DNA from: an uncultured Pseudomonadota bacterium
Lineage (GTDB): Bacteria; Oederibacteriota; Muellerivitia; Muellerivitales; Muellerivitaceae
Direction of reading: 5' to 3'
Length of the DNA stretch: 64,000 nucleotides
NCBI GenBank assembly: GCA_963843375.1
Contig: CAWJKT010000001.1
Span: forward strand, 224,001-288,000
How positions within the stretch are numbered: the stretch's first letter is position 1; each line of letters starts with the position of its first letter. The notes under the pieces are model-generated. The model did no database searches, was not told the origin of the DNA, and was given only the letters and a program-made list of their open reading frames with translations. The position numbers and the translations under genes are program-made. This document shows positions 34,322 through 47,304 of the stretch, piece by piece.

Positions 34322-35068
34322 ATGGCTTTTCTTTCCGTCAATATCGACCATATCGCCACCTTGCGTCAGGCTCGCCGGGAAAAGGAACCGGATCCTCTAG
34401 AAGCAGCTGGACTTGTTGAAAAGGCCGGAGCCCACGGCATTACAGTCCATCTCAGGGAGGACCGGCGGCATATCCAGGATCACGACGTCATTGGTTTGAG
34501 GAAAATTGTCAAAACCAAATTAAACCTGGAAATGGCCGCTTCGGTGGAAATGATCCAGTTCGCCCTCCGGGTCAAACCTGATCAAGTTACCTTGGTTCCT
34601 GAAAAGCGCCAGGAGCTGACTACCGAAGGAGGATTGGCTCTTTCTTCTTCCCCGAAGCGTTTTGAAAAGGCCATCAACCAGCTTCAATCCAAAGGTATTC
34701 CCGTTTCACTTTTTATTGATCCCCGGCCGCAGGATATTCAGCTTTCCTCTCGATTGGGGTCTACCTTTATCGAACTTCACACTGGCGCCTATAGTCGGGC
34801 ATGCCGTTTGGGAGGTAATGTCAAAAAGGAATTCCTGATTTTGGCAGCGGGAGCCCGTTTGGCCTCTTCCCTGGGCCTAAAAGTTCATGCGGGTCATGGA
34901 TTGACATATCAAAATGTCACCCCCATCGCGGCACTGATTGAAATTGAGGATTTGAACATTGGACACAATATCGTGGCCCGGGCTTCTATGGTAGGATTAG
35001 AGAAAGCTGCCCGGGAAATGTTGACGCTGCTTCAAAAAGCAAACCGTGGCAAAGGGGGGCGCTTGTGA
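34322..35068 (+). CDS. pdxJ: Pyridoxine 5'-phosphate synthase
   Basis: VNIDHIATLRQAR, HLREDRRHI, IELHTG, AGHGL, NIGH. Confidence 0.96.
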   Translation: MAFLSVNIDHIATLRQARREKEPDPLEAAGLVEKAGAHGITVHLREDRRHIQDHDVIGLRKIVKTKLNLEMAASVEMIQFALRVKPDQVTLVPEKRQELTTEGGLALSSSPKRFEKAINQLQSKGIPVSLFIDPRPQDIQLSSRLGSTFIELHTGAYSRACRLGGNVKKEFLILAAGARLASSLGLKVHAGHGLTYQNVTPIAALIEIEDLNIGHNIVARASMVGLEKAAREMLTLLQKANRGKGGRL

Positions 35069-35385
35069 GTTGGAAAGTTGTTTTTTTACTCGCGTTAATG
35101 ATTGTTGGAGCCATCGGCTATTTCCTTTGGGGAAAAGTGGAACAAGCCCCGCCCGAGGCTACCCTACCTGGTTATACCAACGCTTTGAAAAATGATGAGA
35201 TGAAGGCCCAAGCCGTCGTTGCGGGAACTCAGTTGGATTCGGTTAAAAGCGCGGTTGAAAAGTATAAATCGGATAAAGAATCGTTTCCCCCCTCATTGCA
35301 AGATTTGGTTCCCAATTATATCGACCATATTCCCGGAGGGATCGCCTATGACCCCTCCACGGGAATCGTCAGCGTCGCCCAATAA
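35065..35385 (+). CDS. Small membrane-anchored protein with pseudopilin-like C-terminus
   Basis: N-terminal TM; YKSDKESFPPSLQDLVPNY...YDPSTG. Confidence 0.55.
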   Translation: MSWKVVFLLALMIVGAIGYFLWGKVEQAPPEATLPGYTNALKNDEMKAQAVVAGTQLDSVKSAVEKYKSDKESFPPSLQDLVPNYIDHIPGGIAYDPSTGIVSVAQ

Positions 35386-35489
35386 AGTCCCTTTTGGGGA
35401 AATCCCAAGGCCACCCTTCGATTCCAGGTGCATAAAGGTTATTCTTTAGATGCGGCTCGGCTCGCCGTGAGGGATGTTTTCAGTTATAA

Positions 35490-38201
<2,712 letters not shown>

Positions 38202-38205
<4 letters not shown>

Positions 38206-38636
38206 AACGATGGTTATCCTTAGACTTGGGGAAAGTTAGGATTGGGGTGGCCTTATCCGATTCCCTGGGCTTGACGGCACAACCTTTGCTTGTTTTGAAA
38301 TCCGCAGGAACCCAAAAAGACATCATCGCTATTGGAAAATTGATCAACGAGCATCAAGTGACCAAGGTTATCGTCGGACTCCCATTCAATATGGATGGAA
38401 CGGAAAGCCCAACCACCCAAAAGGTTCGAGATTTTACTGAAAAACTTTTACAACGGTTAACCGTGCCGGTTTATTTTGTGGATGAGCGCCTTACCAGTAA
38501 ACAGGCCGAGCGTTTAATGATCGAGGGAAACGTTCGAAGGGAAGAACGACGCCAAAAAATTGATAAGGTAGCGGCCGCCCTCATACTCCAGTCGGCGCTT
38601 GAGGGGACCCGTCTCATCCCGGTGGAAAAACCATGA
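38202..38636 (+). CDS. ruvX: YqgF/RuvX pre-16S rRNA nuclease
   Basis: LDLGKVRIGVALSD, VGLP, DERLTS, DKVAAALIL; alaS-yqgF-mltG order. Confidence 0.93.
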
Positions 38637-39655
38637 AAATCCTTAAAATTTATGGTTATGTTTTTTTAACCGGTTTTGTTTTTTCCGCTTTTGTTTTTAT
38701 CCCCACTTTTTTCTTTTCGGGCCAGGACGTGGACGTGCCTGTTTATTCCAAAACGACCGCCGGTGAGATCGCCCGAAACCTAAAAGAAAAGGGAATCCTT
38801 CATTTCGCGCTGCCCTTTAAACTATTGGCAAAGCTGACCCATGCCGACCGTAAATTGAAAGCGGGGTTATACCGTTTAAATCCCGGCATGAGCCTATGGG
38901 AAATATTAACGACGCTCTCGGAGGGAAAAAGCGAACTTTTGGTCCTGAAGATTCCGGAAGGTTACACGGCTGTGCAGATCGCACAAGAGTTGGAAAAGAT
39001 GAAGGTAATGCCAGCAGAAGGATTCATGAAAACGGCCGAGGACAAGCAGGTCTTGAAGAGTTTGGGAATCCACGGGCCGAGTGCGGAAGGGTTCCTCTTT
39101 CCCGAAACTTACCGGGTTCCTGTGGGAGCCGGTGCTCAAGACCTTATGGAATTGATGGTGCGGCAATTTTTCGATTCGGTCGGAAGTGATTTTGAGGATC
39201 GTTGCCGGCAAAGGGGGTTGACCCCTTACCAAGCGGTTATCCTGGCTTCTATCGTTGAAAGGGAGGCCCAAAAGGCCGATGAACGGCCCATTGTGGCGGG
39301 CATCCTTTACAACCGCCTCCATCAAAAAATGCGCCTTGAAGTCAACGCCACATTGAACTATGTCTTGGAAAACAAGAGGGCATGGCTGACCAACGATCAG
39401 CTCAATACACAATCCCCTTATAACACCTATCAGCACAGGGGTTTGCCACCCACCCCTATTTGCAATCCGGGGTTGGCATCTATTCAAGCAGTCCTTGACC
39501 CGGCGGACGTGCCTTACCTTTACTATGTCGCCAAGGGGGATGGTACTCAATTGTTCGCCATGACTTTCGAGGAACACCAGAAGAACGTTAACGAAGCTAA
39601 GAGAATTCGTAGGGCAAAAAGGCGTCAAAAGGCTAAAGTTCCCGCGCAGGATTGA
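38633..39655 (+). CDS. mltG: Endolytic transglycosylase
   Basis: EGFLFPETY, LASIVEREA, SPYNTY, GLPPTPICNPG. Confidence 0.94.
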   Translation: MKILKIYGYVFLTGFVFSAFVFIPTFFFSGQDVDVPVYSKTTAGEIARNLKEKGILHFALPFKLLAKLTHADRKLKAGLYRLNPGMSLWEILTTLSEGKSELLVLKIPEGYTAVQIAQELEKMKVMPAEGFMKTAEDKQVLKSLGIHGPSAEGFLFPETYRVPVGAGAQDLMELMVRQFFDSVGSDFEDRCRQRGLTPYQAVILASIVEREAQKADERPIVAGILYNRLHQKMRLEVNATLNYVLENKRAWLTNDQLNTQSPYNTYQHRGLPPTPICNPGLASIQAVLDPADVPYLYYVAKGDGTQLFAMTFEEHQKNVNEAKRIRRAKRRQKAKVPAQD

Positions 39656-39671
39656 TTACCAGTGGAAGGAA

Positions 39672-40427
39672 ATGATTTTGGTTTTTTATTATGTTATCCC
39701 CCTGTTGCAAATCTTGGCCATCATCCATGTTTTAAAAACGGGTCGCAGTTGGTTTTGGGCTTGGATCATTTTTATGTTCCCGGGATTAGGGCTTGCTGTT
39801 TATTTTTTCATGGAAATCCTGCCTGAATTTCGGGAGCCGAATACCGGAGCCGGGGGAGATTCAATTCTCGATACCATTATGCCTGGTCGAAAGTTGGGGC
39901 GACTTGAGTCGGCCTTGCAGGATTCGGATACCGTTCAAAATCGAAAAGTGCTGGCGGATTATTATTTGGCCGCAGGGGAACCGTTGAAATCCGTTGAACT
40001 CTACCGGCAATGTTTAACCGGGGTTTATAAGGACGATCCTCACGTAAATTTAGGCTTGGCGGGTTCATTGGTGGAGGCTGGTGAATATGGGGAATCCAAA
40101 AAAATCCTTGAGGATCTTCGAAAACGAAATGTCGTCTACGAAACATCGAAGCGGGACCTTTTTTACGCTCGGGCTTTGGAATCCTTAGGCCAAGAAAAAG
40201 AAGCCTTACAAGTTTATGAGAACGTCCTCAAAATATACGGGAGTGAAGTTGAGGGCACCTGCCGCCTAGCCCAACTTCTGGAAAAAATGGGCCAAAAAGA
40301 AAAAGCCAAAGCCCTTTATGACGACTTAGTGAAAAAAGCCAAAACGTTCGCTCCCCATTTTCGCAGGCAACAACAGGCTTGGATTCAATTGGCCAAGGAA
40401 AAAAAGAGAGAACTTTCGCTGAATTGA
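39672..40427 (+). CDS. Membrane-anchored TPR protein
   Basis: Two N-terminal TMs (IHVLKTGR...W), TPR-like helices. Confidence 0.7.
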   Translation: MILVFYYVIPLLQILAIIHVLKTGRSWFWAWIIFMFPGLGLAVYFFMEILPEFREPNTGAGGDSILDTIMPGRKLGRLESALQDSDTVQNRKVLADYYLAAGEPLKSVELYRQCLTGVYKDDPHVNLGLAGSLVEAGEYGESKKILEDLRKRNVVYETSKRDLFYARALESLGQEKEALQVYENVLKIYGSEVEGTCRLAQLLEKMGQKEKAKALYDDLVKKAKTFAPHFRRQQQAWIQLAKEKKRELSLN

Positions 40428-40544
40428 ACCGAACCTATTTTCCTTGCGGTTCCGGGCCGGCTGCCTTAATTTAAATGACATGCCGACTTTCCATAAACCG
40501 ATTGAAGAAGTCGGTAAAGTACCGATTTCAGTATTTCTATTTCA

Positions 40545-41255
40545 ATGGAGAATCGGCGCATGATGATTCAGGCTTTCCATCTGACTAAAGTCCACTCTTC
40601 GGGCATCAAGGTCCTGGACGACGCTTATTTCTCGGCTTCTCAAGGTTCTTTCGTGGCCGTTATTGGCGAAAGCCGCACCGGTAAAAGCACCTTCCTTAAA
40701 ATGCTCGGAGGCGAGGAAAAACCAACTTCCGGCGTTTTAAGAATCGATCACCAAAACATTTACGACCTTTCGGATTCAGAAAAACGCCAATGGCTTTCCG
40801 AAGTGGGCATGATATTTCCCGACCTCAAGTTATTCCAAGATAAGACCGTTTATGAAAATATTCATTTCATCCTCCAAGTCAAGGGAGCTTCAGGGGAGGG
40901 CGAAAAAGAAGCGATTACCAAGCTCCTTTCAAAGGCGGGGCTGGAAGGGAAGTCACAGTCAAAACCCGCGGACCTTTCCTCGGGTGAACAACGGCTGGTT
41001 TTGGCTTTGCGAGCGATGATTTTTCGGCCTCGATTACTCCTGGCTGACGAGCCATTTCAAGGATTGGACGATAAGGCTGCTTCCTTATTGTTCCGCTTTT
41101 TTTTGGAATTGAACAAAGCCGGATGCACAATCGTGCTTTCGACCCAGCAACTATCCTTTTTAGACGAAACAAAAAAATCGGGTACTGAAGCCAACATCCA
41201 ATGGATGAAGTTGGATCAAGGGAAGCTCTATTTCATGGAGGAGGCCACTTCATGA
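40545..41255 (+). CDS. ftsE: Cell division ABC ATPase FtsE, divergent motifs
   Basis: GESRTGKST, LSSGEQR, LLADEP; upstream of ftsX-envC-ctpA. Confidence 0.78.
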   Translation: MENRRMMIQAFHLTKVHSSGIKVLDDAYFSASQGSFVAVIGESRTGKSTFLKMLGGEEKPTSGVLRIDHQNIYDLSDSEKRQWLSEVGMIFPDLKLFQDKTVYENIHFILQVKGASGEGEKEAITKLLSKAGLEGKSQSKPADLSSGEQRLVLALRAMIFRPRLLLADEPFQGLDDKAASLLFRFFLELNKAGCTIVLSTQQLSFLDETKKSGTEANIQWMKLDQGKLYFMEEATS

Positions 41256-42152
41256 ACCTTTCCCGTTTTTTCTTCGTTCTTAAAGAAGGCTTTTTACAAC
41301 TTTTCAGGACTCGCGGTTTATCTACCGCCGTGATCCTAATCGTGGCCTCCACCTTACTCCAACTTTCCCTTTTCCTTGGCATTTCCAAGGCGCTTGATCA
41401 GGCTTTGGGCTCGGCGCGAGAGAAGTTTCAAATGGCGGTCTTTCTCACTCCCTCTTCGGATGATTCGGACCGCAAAAGAATACAAGAACTATTACTATCC
41501 GACTCCCGAGTGGCCTCCGTCCGGCTCGTGACCAAGGAGGAAGCGGTTCAGGATTTTCGGAAGGATCCGGAGATCGACCAGATGCTTCAGGCTTTGGGTG
41601 AGAATCCTTTAACCGACTCCTTCACGGTTATCTTGCGTAATGACCCATCGGAAAAATTGGAGGATATGGTCGAAAAATTAAAACAAGATCCCCGAATCGA
41701 GGAAGTGGATTATGGAAAGAATGAATGGGAAACGGTCTCCAACTCTGACCCGGATGGTTCGGTGGGGCGGGCTCATCCTGGGCGGAATCATTTTTTTATC
41801 AGCACTTTTCATTGTTTCCAATACCCTAACCTTGGCCCTCTGGGCCCGTCGGGAGGATTTCATACTCATGGCCCGTATGGGAGCCCCCACTTGGATGAGG
41901 ACAGGGCCCTATATATGGGAGGGAATTTTCCAGGGATTTTTGGGCGGTCTGATCGTCGTTGTCTTTTTCGAGGCTGTCCGGCATTGGGCGGGAATGGCCC
42001 TTCAAAAATACGGGGGTTTTGACATCTTGATCAATTCCGCTCTGACGGAATGGGGAAGTCTTTATTTGACCCTAATCCTTCTAGGGATGATCTTGGGTTT
42101 CCTGGGTGCTTTTTTAGCCCTGCAAAAAAAGTGGGTGAAGGAACTCGGGTGA
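41252..42152 (+). CDS. ftsX: Cell division permease FtsX (frameshift near 41740)
   Basis: TM1, TKEEA...F, ENPL, then IVSNTLTLALWARREDF...GAP...GPYIWEG in second frame. Confidence 0.85.
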
Positions 42153-42186
42153 AAACAGTTTTTAAAATGCCGAAGATTTTCATGAA

Positions 42187-43428
42187 TTGAAAATGCCAAA
42201 ACTTTCCACCTTCAACTATTACCGGGCCTTCCTTTTGGGGGGAGTATTCTTGATGAATCCTCCTCTGTTTTCACAGGACGTCTCAGGGACTCCCGTTGCG
42301 GACAACGGGCAAATCAAGAAAGACCTCCATAAAAACAAAAAAGATTTGGCTGTCATTGAGAAAAAAATTGCCGAACAAAAGAAACAAAAACATCTCGCGG
42401 ACATGAAGGAAAAAAAGCTTCTCGGCCAGCTTCACCAAGTGGACCAGAAGCTTGGAAATTTGAGGCGAGAAAAAGAAGAGAATGAAGAGGATTTGAATGA
42501 AACCCGCCACCGACTGGAAGGGTTACAAAGCGATATGGCCGAGAACCAACAAGACCTGGCCCAGAACCGCCTGTTGTTGAAACAGCGTTTGCGGGCCCTC
42601 TATCGAATGTCTTTTCGCCAGCCGTTCCTGGGCGGAATCCTGGACTCGGAAAGTTTTGGGGACCTTGCCCGGAAACTCAAATTTGAAATGATCCTTGCCC
42701 AAGGCAACGAAAAACTTCTTTCCCAGACACTCAGGAGCGAAGAACAATTTGAACGGAAATCGGACGAATGGAATCAGGAGGAACGGCGGAAAAAAAGACT
42801 TTTATCAGTTTTAGGGCGGCAAGAAGCCAATTATTCCCAAAAGCATAAAAATCGCACGATCTATTTGGATAAGATTCATCGTCAAAAGGAAGAGCAGGAA
42901 AGGATGATTGAGGAATTGAGCCAGAGGGCTCAAAGTTTACAGGAAAAAGTTTCCTCGTTTTTGAAGCAAGCAGCGGAAGCCCAAAAATCCAAAACGGTCT
43001 GGATTCCGGCGGGAACGGGTTTAAAAATAAAACGAGGCAAAATTCCCTGGCCGGTTTCAGGAACGATCATCCAGTCTTTCGGAAGGTCCAAGAACGCCCA
43101 ATTTAAAGAGGTGGTGGATAATACCGGCATTCAAATCCAGGCTCCCGAGGGGACGCCTTTTAGGGCTGTGGCGGACGGGAAGGTTCGTTTCGCCGATTGG
43201 TTCAAAGGTTATGGAAAACTAGTGATTTTAGACCATGGAGAGGGGTATTATTCTCTTTACGCTCAGGCCGCCGAATTGAATGTGACAGAAGGCCAAACGG
43301 TTTTGGCGGGACAAATTCTTGGAACCGTCGGGGACACAGGGTCTCTGGTGGGGACTAGTCTTTATTTCGAAATCCGAAAGAACGGCATACCGCAAGATCC
43401 CATTCTTTGGCTTAGACGACAAACGTAG
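42187..43428 (+). CDS. envC: Murein hydrolase activator EnvC family
   Basis: Long coiled coil plus degenerate M23 domain (WPVSG, GYGKLVILDHG, LYFEIR). Confidence 0.85.
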   Translation: MKMPKLSTFNYYRAFLLGGVFLMNPPLFSQDVSGTPVADNGQIKKDLHKNKKDLAVIEKKIAEQKKQKHLADMKEKKLLGQLHQVDQKLGNLRREKEENEEDLNETRHRLEGLQSDMAENQQDLAQNRLLLKQRLRALYRMSFRQPFLGGILDSESFGDLARKLKFEMILAQGNEKLLSQTLRSEEQFERKSDEWNQEERRKKRLLSVLGRQEANYSQKHKNRTIYLDKIHRQKEEQERMIEELSQRAQSLQEKVSSFLKQAAEAQKSKTVWIPAGTGLKIKRGKIPWPVSGTIIQSFGRSKNAQFKEVVDNTGIQIQAPEGTPFRAVADGKVRFADWFKGYGKLVILDHGEGYYSLYAQAAELNVTEGQTVLAGQILGTVGDTGSLVGTSLYFEIRKNGIPQDPILWLRRQT

Positions 43429-43530
43429 CACGAAATGTTTTGAATTGAGCGGGTATTTGAGAGGAGATCAAATATCCTCAGAAACTTAAACTAAGACTTA
43501 AAACCGGAAACTAATTTTTTGGAGGAAGTT

Positions 43531-45087
43531 ATGGAACGTCGCCCGTCATTTCTAACCACGGCTTTTTTGTTGCTGGCACTTTGTGCCGTGAGCTTCGCGG
43601 CCGGAGCCGCGACCCAATCGGCCAGCCAGCCCAAGGAAACCAACGAGGATGTGTATAAATACCTCCAGCCCTTTGCCGATGCTCTGGCCATTATCCGGGA
43701 AAAGTACGTGGATGTGGACAAGACGGATCCCAAGACCCTGGTTTACGGCGCCTTGAACGGAATGGTCAACACTTTGGACCCCTTCAGCCAGTTTATGCCC
43801 CCGGATGAATATAAGGATATGCAAACTGAAACCTCCGGTAAATTCGGGGGACTGGGAATTGAGATTGCTCTTAAGGATGATCGTTTGACGATTGTTTCCC
43901 CCATCGAGGGGACGCCCGCCGATAAGGCCGGACTCAAATCGGGGGACAAAATCGTGAAGATTGAGGATGAAAGCACCGCTTCCATGTCCATTAATGATGC
44001 CGTCAAGCGGCTTCGCGGAAAAGTAGGTACGAAGGTGACTATCACTATTTTAAGAGAAGGATTGGGCGAGCCTTTTGACGTGACGTTGGTTCGCGATAAC
44101 ATCAAGATTGAGAGTATCCACGCCTATATGCTTCCCCATGATATTGGTTATGTCCGCATTACTGAGTTTATCGACAATACCACCGATGATTTTGTAAAGG
44201 CCGTGGAGGACCTGGAAAAACAAGCAAACTTGAAGGGCCTGGTGATCGACCTGCGAAACGATCCGGGCGGTCTCTTAAATGAAGCTATCGGCGTTTCGGA
44301 TTTCTTCGGCAAGAAAGGGGATATGATCGTCTCCACTAAAGGGAGAAGCGAAAACCAAACTTCGGAATATAGGGCCACCGACGGGGAAAAGTTCGACAAG
44401 AACCTGCCGGTCGTTGTCATGGTGAATGAGGGAAGCGCCTCAGGTGCGGAGATTGTTTCGGGCGCCCTGAAAGATTGGAAACGAGCCACGCTGATCGGCT
44501 CCAAAACCTTTGGAAAAGGCTCAGTCCAGACCATTCTGCCTCTGGAAGGAAGCGACGGGGCCGCGCTCAGGCTCACCATGGCTAAATACTATACGCCTTC
44601 GGGAGTTTGTATCCACGGCATTGGGATCGAACCCGATCTCGACCTGCGTAACCACGATTTGTCCGAGTCCACGCTCAAAGTTTACACCCAGCAGATGATA
44701 GAAAAATTTGCCGCCCTTCTCGTCAAGGAAGGCATGGCGGTTTCGGCGGATACCGATTTAACACCCGCCGTCATGGACCGCTTTGTGGATTATTGCATGA
44801 AGAATGTAAAGAAAATCGACAAGGATGAACTGAAGAAAGACACGGATTATCTGAAAGACAGTCTCTATGTAGAACTGGTTCGCGACAAGCTGGGGGAGAC
44901 GGATGCCCGCAGATTAGCCGTCCTACATGATCCCCAGGTATCGGTGGCCGAGGATATCATCGAAAATGGAGGACACATTAGCGGAAAGCTCTTTGCCGAA
45001 TATCCCAAACGTAAAGATACCGAAAAAGCGGGTGAGAAAAAACTTGAGGAAGAGCGCGGGAAGAACCAGCAAGACGACGGGGAATAA
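43531..45087 (+). CDS. ctpA: S41 carboxyl-terminal processing protease
   Basis: FGGLGI PDZ, DLRNDPGG, SASGAEI, TFGKGSVQ. Confidence 0.92.
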   Translation: MERRPSFLTTAFLLLALCAVSFAAGAATQSASQPKETNEDVYKYLQPFADALAIIREKYVDVDKTDPKTLVYGALNGMVNTLDPFSQFMPPDEYKDMQTETSGKFGGLGIEIALKDDRLTIVSPIEGTPADKAGLKSGDKIVKIEDESTASMSINDAVKRLRGKVGTKVTITILREGLGEPFDVTLVRDNIKIESIHAYMLPHDIGYVRITEFIDNTTDDFVKAVEDLEKQANLKGLVIDLRNDPGGLLNEAIGVSDFFGKKGDMIVSTKGRSENQTSEYRATDGEKFDKNLPVVVMVNEGSASGAEIVSGALKDWKRATLIGSKTFGKGSVQTILPLEGSDGAALRLTMAKYYTPSGVCIHGIGIEPDLDLRNHDLSESTLKVYTQQMIEKFAALLVKEGMAVSADTDLTPAVMDRFVDYCMKNVKKIDKDELKKDTDYLKDSLYVELVRDKLGETDARRLAVLHDPQVSVAEDIIENGGHISGKLFAEYPKRKDTEKAGEKKLEEERGKNQQDDGE

Positions 45088-45095
45088 GGGCCGTT

Positions 45096-46237
45096 TTGGG
45101 GTTCTCGGGGAAAAGTGAAAAGGGAAATATCCATGGCTCTTTATTGACCCTGTCGATTATTTTTTTGTCCCTGGCGATGGTAGGTCTTTTGATATGGCGG
45201 TACTTTTTTACCCCCCCTTCAGGGAACGGACCCAATCCGACCCCCACTAAAGTTGTGGCGCCGTCCTCCGAAGAAATTAGCAATAAACTTATCCATGCCG
45301 TGAACCAAAAGCTTCAGGATATGGATTTGCTGAAACTTCTCCAGGGAGAGGTTTTGGTTCGAAACGTTTCTGTTGGAGATAGGGAGTTACCGGATTACCA
45401 GGAAAATTTCAGAATGCCGTCAAGGTACTCCGACTTGGACCTGGATAGTGTTTTTGGAAAAGAGGCTCAGTCCCTAGGCGCCAGCCTGACAAGAGATAGA
45501 GACAGCTTTACTTTCTCCGACCCTTCCGGGGTTGCGGTGGAAATCACATTTCTTCCCCCCGACAAACCCCGCATCTGCCTCATCATCGACGATGGTGGGT
45601 ATCAAAAGGGTAAAGCTTTGGAGCACCTTTATGGATTTAAGGTGCCGGTGACAGTCTCCATCATTCCTGATGTCGAATTCTCCAAAAGTCTGGCTGAGGA
45701 ATTTCCCTCCCACGGAGTGGAAGTGATGTGCCATATGCCCATGGAGGGTCATGAGGTTGGAGCTGTTGGGGGAACTACAAAGCGCTGTTGAAAAAGGGAA
45801 TGGATCCAGCCGTGGCGAAAGAAGACGTGGAAGAAGCCCTGGACGACCTCCCTAACTGCCGTGGGCTAAACAATCATATGGGTAGCGTTGCGACCGAAGA
45901 CCCGGAACTCATCCAGGGTGTTTGTGATGCCCTAAAACCGAGAGGACTTTTCATTATCGATTCCCGCACGACTTCCAAATCGGTGGTCGAAGAGAAGGCA
46001 CGAAAGAACAGAGTTCCAGTCGCAAGCCGCAACGTTTTTTTGGATAACATCGAAACTCCCGGAGCCATTCTTAAACAATTGAGCCAAGCGGCCGCTTTCG
46101 CCAAGAAGCATGGTCAGGTTGTGGCGATCGGGCATTTTAAGGCGGTAACGCTCAAAACTCTTGAAGAAGCCGTCCATCAATTGAGGGACCAGGGTTTCCA
46201 ATTTGTTTACGCTTCGGAAGTTGTTAAGGAAGAATAA
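45096..46237 (+). CDS. Divergent polysaccharide deacetylase family protein (frameshift near 45770)
   Basis: IIDDGG, HMPME, NNHMGS, DSRT, RNVFLD, AIGH; start uncertain. Confidence 0.85.
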
Positions 46238-46240
46238 ATC

Positions 46241-47299
46241 ATGGTAAAAAATATTGTTTTGGGAATCGAATCATCCTGCGACGAGACCGCGGCGGCTATA
46301 GTCATGGACGGTCATCGGGTCTTGGCCAACGAAGTAGCGTCCCAAATGGAACTTCACAGCCGTTACGGCGGAGTGGTGCCCGAAGTGGCCTCCCGTCGGC
46401 ATCTGGAAAGCCTGCCTTTCCTGGTCCAAGAGGTTCTCAAACAATCCCAAACAACCTTTGACGATCTGGCGGGGATTGCCGTGACCTCGGCCCCTGGACT
46501 TATCGGAGCCCTTTTGGTCGGACTTTCAGCCGCCAAGGGACTGGCTTACAGGCTCCATTTGCCCCTGGCCACCGTCCATCATATTGAAGCCCATCTTTAC
46601 GCGGCCCAATTGGACGCTCCGGCGGTTGATTTCCCGGCTTTAGGATTAGTGGTTTCGGGTGGACATACGGAACTTTACCACATGGAGGGATGGGGAGAGT
46701 ACCGGCTTTTGGCCGCAACCCGGGATGACGCGGCCGGAGAGGCTTTTGATAAAGTAGCCAAATTGATGGGGTTGGGATATCCAGGTGGTCCACTGATCGA
46801 GGAACTTGCAAAGCTTTCCCCAGAAACCACCGGCACTTTTTCACTTTCCAAAATGAAAGACAAAAGCCAGGATTTTTCCTTTAGCGGATTGAAGACGGCG
46901 GTCATGTTAGAGATCAAAAAAAATCCCCCCGCCAACGGCAAGGAAAGGGAGATCCTATCAGCCCGGTTTCAAAATACGGTGGTGGAAGAAATCAAATCGC
47001 GTGTAGGAGTTGCCCTGGAGGAATTAAAACCCAAGAATCTGATATTAGGGGGCGGGGTGGCTTGCAACCAAACTTTAAGAGAAACCCTTAAAATTCAAGC
47101 GAATAAATCGGGTGTGATCCTGAGAGTTCCACCGCTCAAGTATTGCTCGGACAACGCCGCCATGATCGCCGGGCTGGGCGCTTGGCGGATTTCAAAAGGT
47201 AAAGTGGCTTCTCTTTCTGCCCCGGCCGCCCCCTACGTCGACTTTATGCTAGTTGAAGCAAGGCTCTCTTCCGGGGCCCCGGCCTTCCTGTTACAATAA
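46241..47299 (+). CDS. tsaD: tRNA threonylcarbamoyltransferase TsaD
   Basis: GIESSCDET, GGVVPEVASRRH, HHIEAH, VSGGHT, DNAAMI. Confidence 0.96.
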   Translation: MVKNIVLGIESSCDETAAAIVMDGHRVLANEVASQMELHSRYGGVVPEVASRRHLESLPFLVQEVLKQSQTTFDDLAGIAVTSAPGLIGALLVGLSAAKGLAYRLHLPLATVHHIEAHLYAAQLDAPAVDFPALGLVVSGGHTELYHMEGWGEYRLLAATRDDAAGEAFDKVAKLMGLGYPGGPLIEELAKLSPETTGTFSLSKMKDKSQDFSFSGLKTAVMLEIKKNPPANGKEREILSARFQNTVVEEIKSRVGVALEELKPKNLILGGGVACNQTLRETLKIQANKSGVILRVPPLKYCSDNAAMIAGLGAWRISKGKVASLSAPAAPYVDFMLVEARLSSGAPAFLLQ

Positions 47300-47304
47300 A
47301 ATCC

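Noticed and set aside
40482..40515. Inverted repeat gccgactt/aagtcggt upstream of ftsE
   Set aside because: Short stem, long loop, no U tail; could be chance.
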